A stretch of 64,000 bases of DNA, from contig NC_082734.1 in the NCBI RefSeq assembly GCF_030144855.1, forward strand, positions 17,670,001 to 17,734,000. The letters run 5' to 3'. Under the pieces are notes generated by a model. The model worked only from the letters and a program-made list of their open reading frames with translations, was not told where the DNA came from and did no database searches. The stretch comes from Hypanus sabinus. Lineage: Eukaryota. The position numbers were made by a program, and so were the translations under genes. Shown here piece by piece: positions 62,813 through 64,000 of this stretch (its first letter is position 1; the number at the start of each line of letters is the position of its first letter).

Positions 62813-62977
62813 ATGGCGCTGCCGGCGGCCGGCGAGCGGGGCGACGCGGACCTCGGGCGCTATCGCTCGCCCCTGGTCAGCAGGTACTCGTCTCCCGAGA
62901 TGGCCTTTAACTTCAGCGAGGTGAAGAAGTTCAGCACGTGGCGCCGGCTGTGGCTGTACCTCGCGAGGGGCGAGAAG
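62813..62977 (+). CDS. ADSL: Adenylosuccinate lyase exon 1 (gene continues beyond window)
   Basis: [35 protein letters not shown] matches the ADSL N-terminus; AAG|GTGAGA donor; CCAAT box at ~62757. Confidence 0.95.
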
Positions 62978-64000
62978 GTGAGAGGTCAGGGGTCAGGCCC
63001 GGAGGGCGGGGGGTGGGGGTCAGATTGGGGAGGCAGAGGTCAGAATCAGGAGCTCGGGGTTAAGGGTGTGGGGTTAAAGGCTGGCGGTGCGATGTACTGT
63101 GGAGGAGGGGGTTGCAGGGGTAAGCGAGCTCTTGAGTTTAGACAGAATTTAAATCTATACTGATACCAAAGAGATCCCTTCTCAACTGGCCTGTTCGATT
63201 CTGTCATCACTGCCCAACTCTTGGCTTTTTCTTTAAACCACTGTGCACCTTTAATTCTTTTGCTCTGTCCTGTCCCACCTGAATGTCCTGATGTAGTGTC
63301 TTGTCGACTATTAATTCAATTCCATAGATACTGCCCGACCTGCTGAGTTCCTCCAGCATTTTATGTGTTTTGCCTTGGATTTCCAGAATCTGCAGATTTT
63401 CTCGTCTTTGTCACTTGAATGTCCTCTTTTTCATAGTATGTAATTCAATTTCCTGTCTTGTGATTTCTCCAATTCAGTTAGTGAATTGACAAGAATCTGA
63501 CTGTGCCTTTCCAGAGAGAGGCAAAGATTGGGAGCTGGCTGTTTGGAAAGGGCCCCTCTGGGTCAACATTTCAGTCAGTACTGCAGAATTCCTACGTGAT
63601 TCCTCGTTGCAGAATTCAGTTGGAGTTTAGGATAAGAGGGCACAACTTCAGAAAAGAGTGATGTCCTTTTAAATAGAGATGCAGTGGAAGTTCTTTAGAG
63701 GGTGGTGAATCTGTGGAATTTATTGCCAAGTACAGCTGTGGAGGCTAAGTCACTGGGTATATTTAAAGCTGAGGTTTTTTGTTTGAGCAAGGACTGGGAG
63801 GAATGCAGGTTGTCAGTGGGTGGGGAGTGGGGAAAGCTGGTTGTGTAAGATGATGGGGGTGCGGCATACTACAGTGTTAATGATGTGTAGTCACTGAATT
63901 TGCAGCCTTGTAAACGTTTCAGACTGATTTACCTTTCCATTTAGACTGGACTCCCTTGAAGGGACTTACTCTCCAACGCAATACCTGGGCTAATGGGTTA

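Noticed and set aside
62285-63163. 292-aa ORF as a Gypsy-ADSL fusion protein
   Set aside because: Starts at a non-ATG codon, is out of frame with integrase and runs into intron 1; only the exon 1 part is supported
63945-64000. Possible ADSL exon 2 after ...ccatttag
   Set aside because: Phase-0 reading gives TGLP then TGA and does not match the expected LGLPITDEQI-type sequence; exon 2 is probably beyond the window

Overview
Eukaryotic, intron-containing vertebrate DNA. The repeat landscape (CR1, V-SINE/HE1-like, Penelope-like tails, Rex/Babar-like) suggests a cartilaginous fish, probably a ray; this is inference. All protein genes are on the + strand: the last five coding exons of POLDIP3, complete RRP7A (7 exons, 272 aa), complete TOMM22 (4 exons, 128 aa) and exon 1 of ADSL. 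A U12 minor-spliceosome snRNA gene with PSE and ZNF143/Staf sites lies on the - strand at 43703-43853 and is invisible in the ORF track. The rest is transposon-derived: a very young 4.2-kb Gypsy element (identical LTRs, 4-bp TSD, tRNA-Trp PBS, -1 frameshift signal), a deleted relative whose 3' LTR has merged into the ADSL CpG-island promoter, several solo LTRs, nested CR1 LINEs, a Tx1-like fragment, Tc1/hAT remnants and a 24-bp minisatellite. Most short ORFs in the supplied track are spurious. I found no convincing wholly new multi-gene system. The strongest leads are the LTR absorbed into the ADSL promoter (poly(A) signal lost, strong AT-to-GC shift), the U12 gene's position, the Gypsy recoding signal and an invertebrate-type LINE abutting the RRP7A promoter. 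All homology calls come from recalled family sequences, not database searches.
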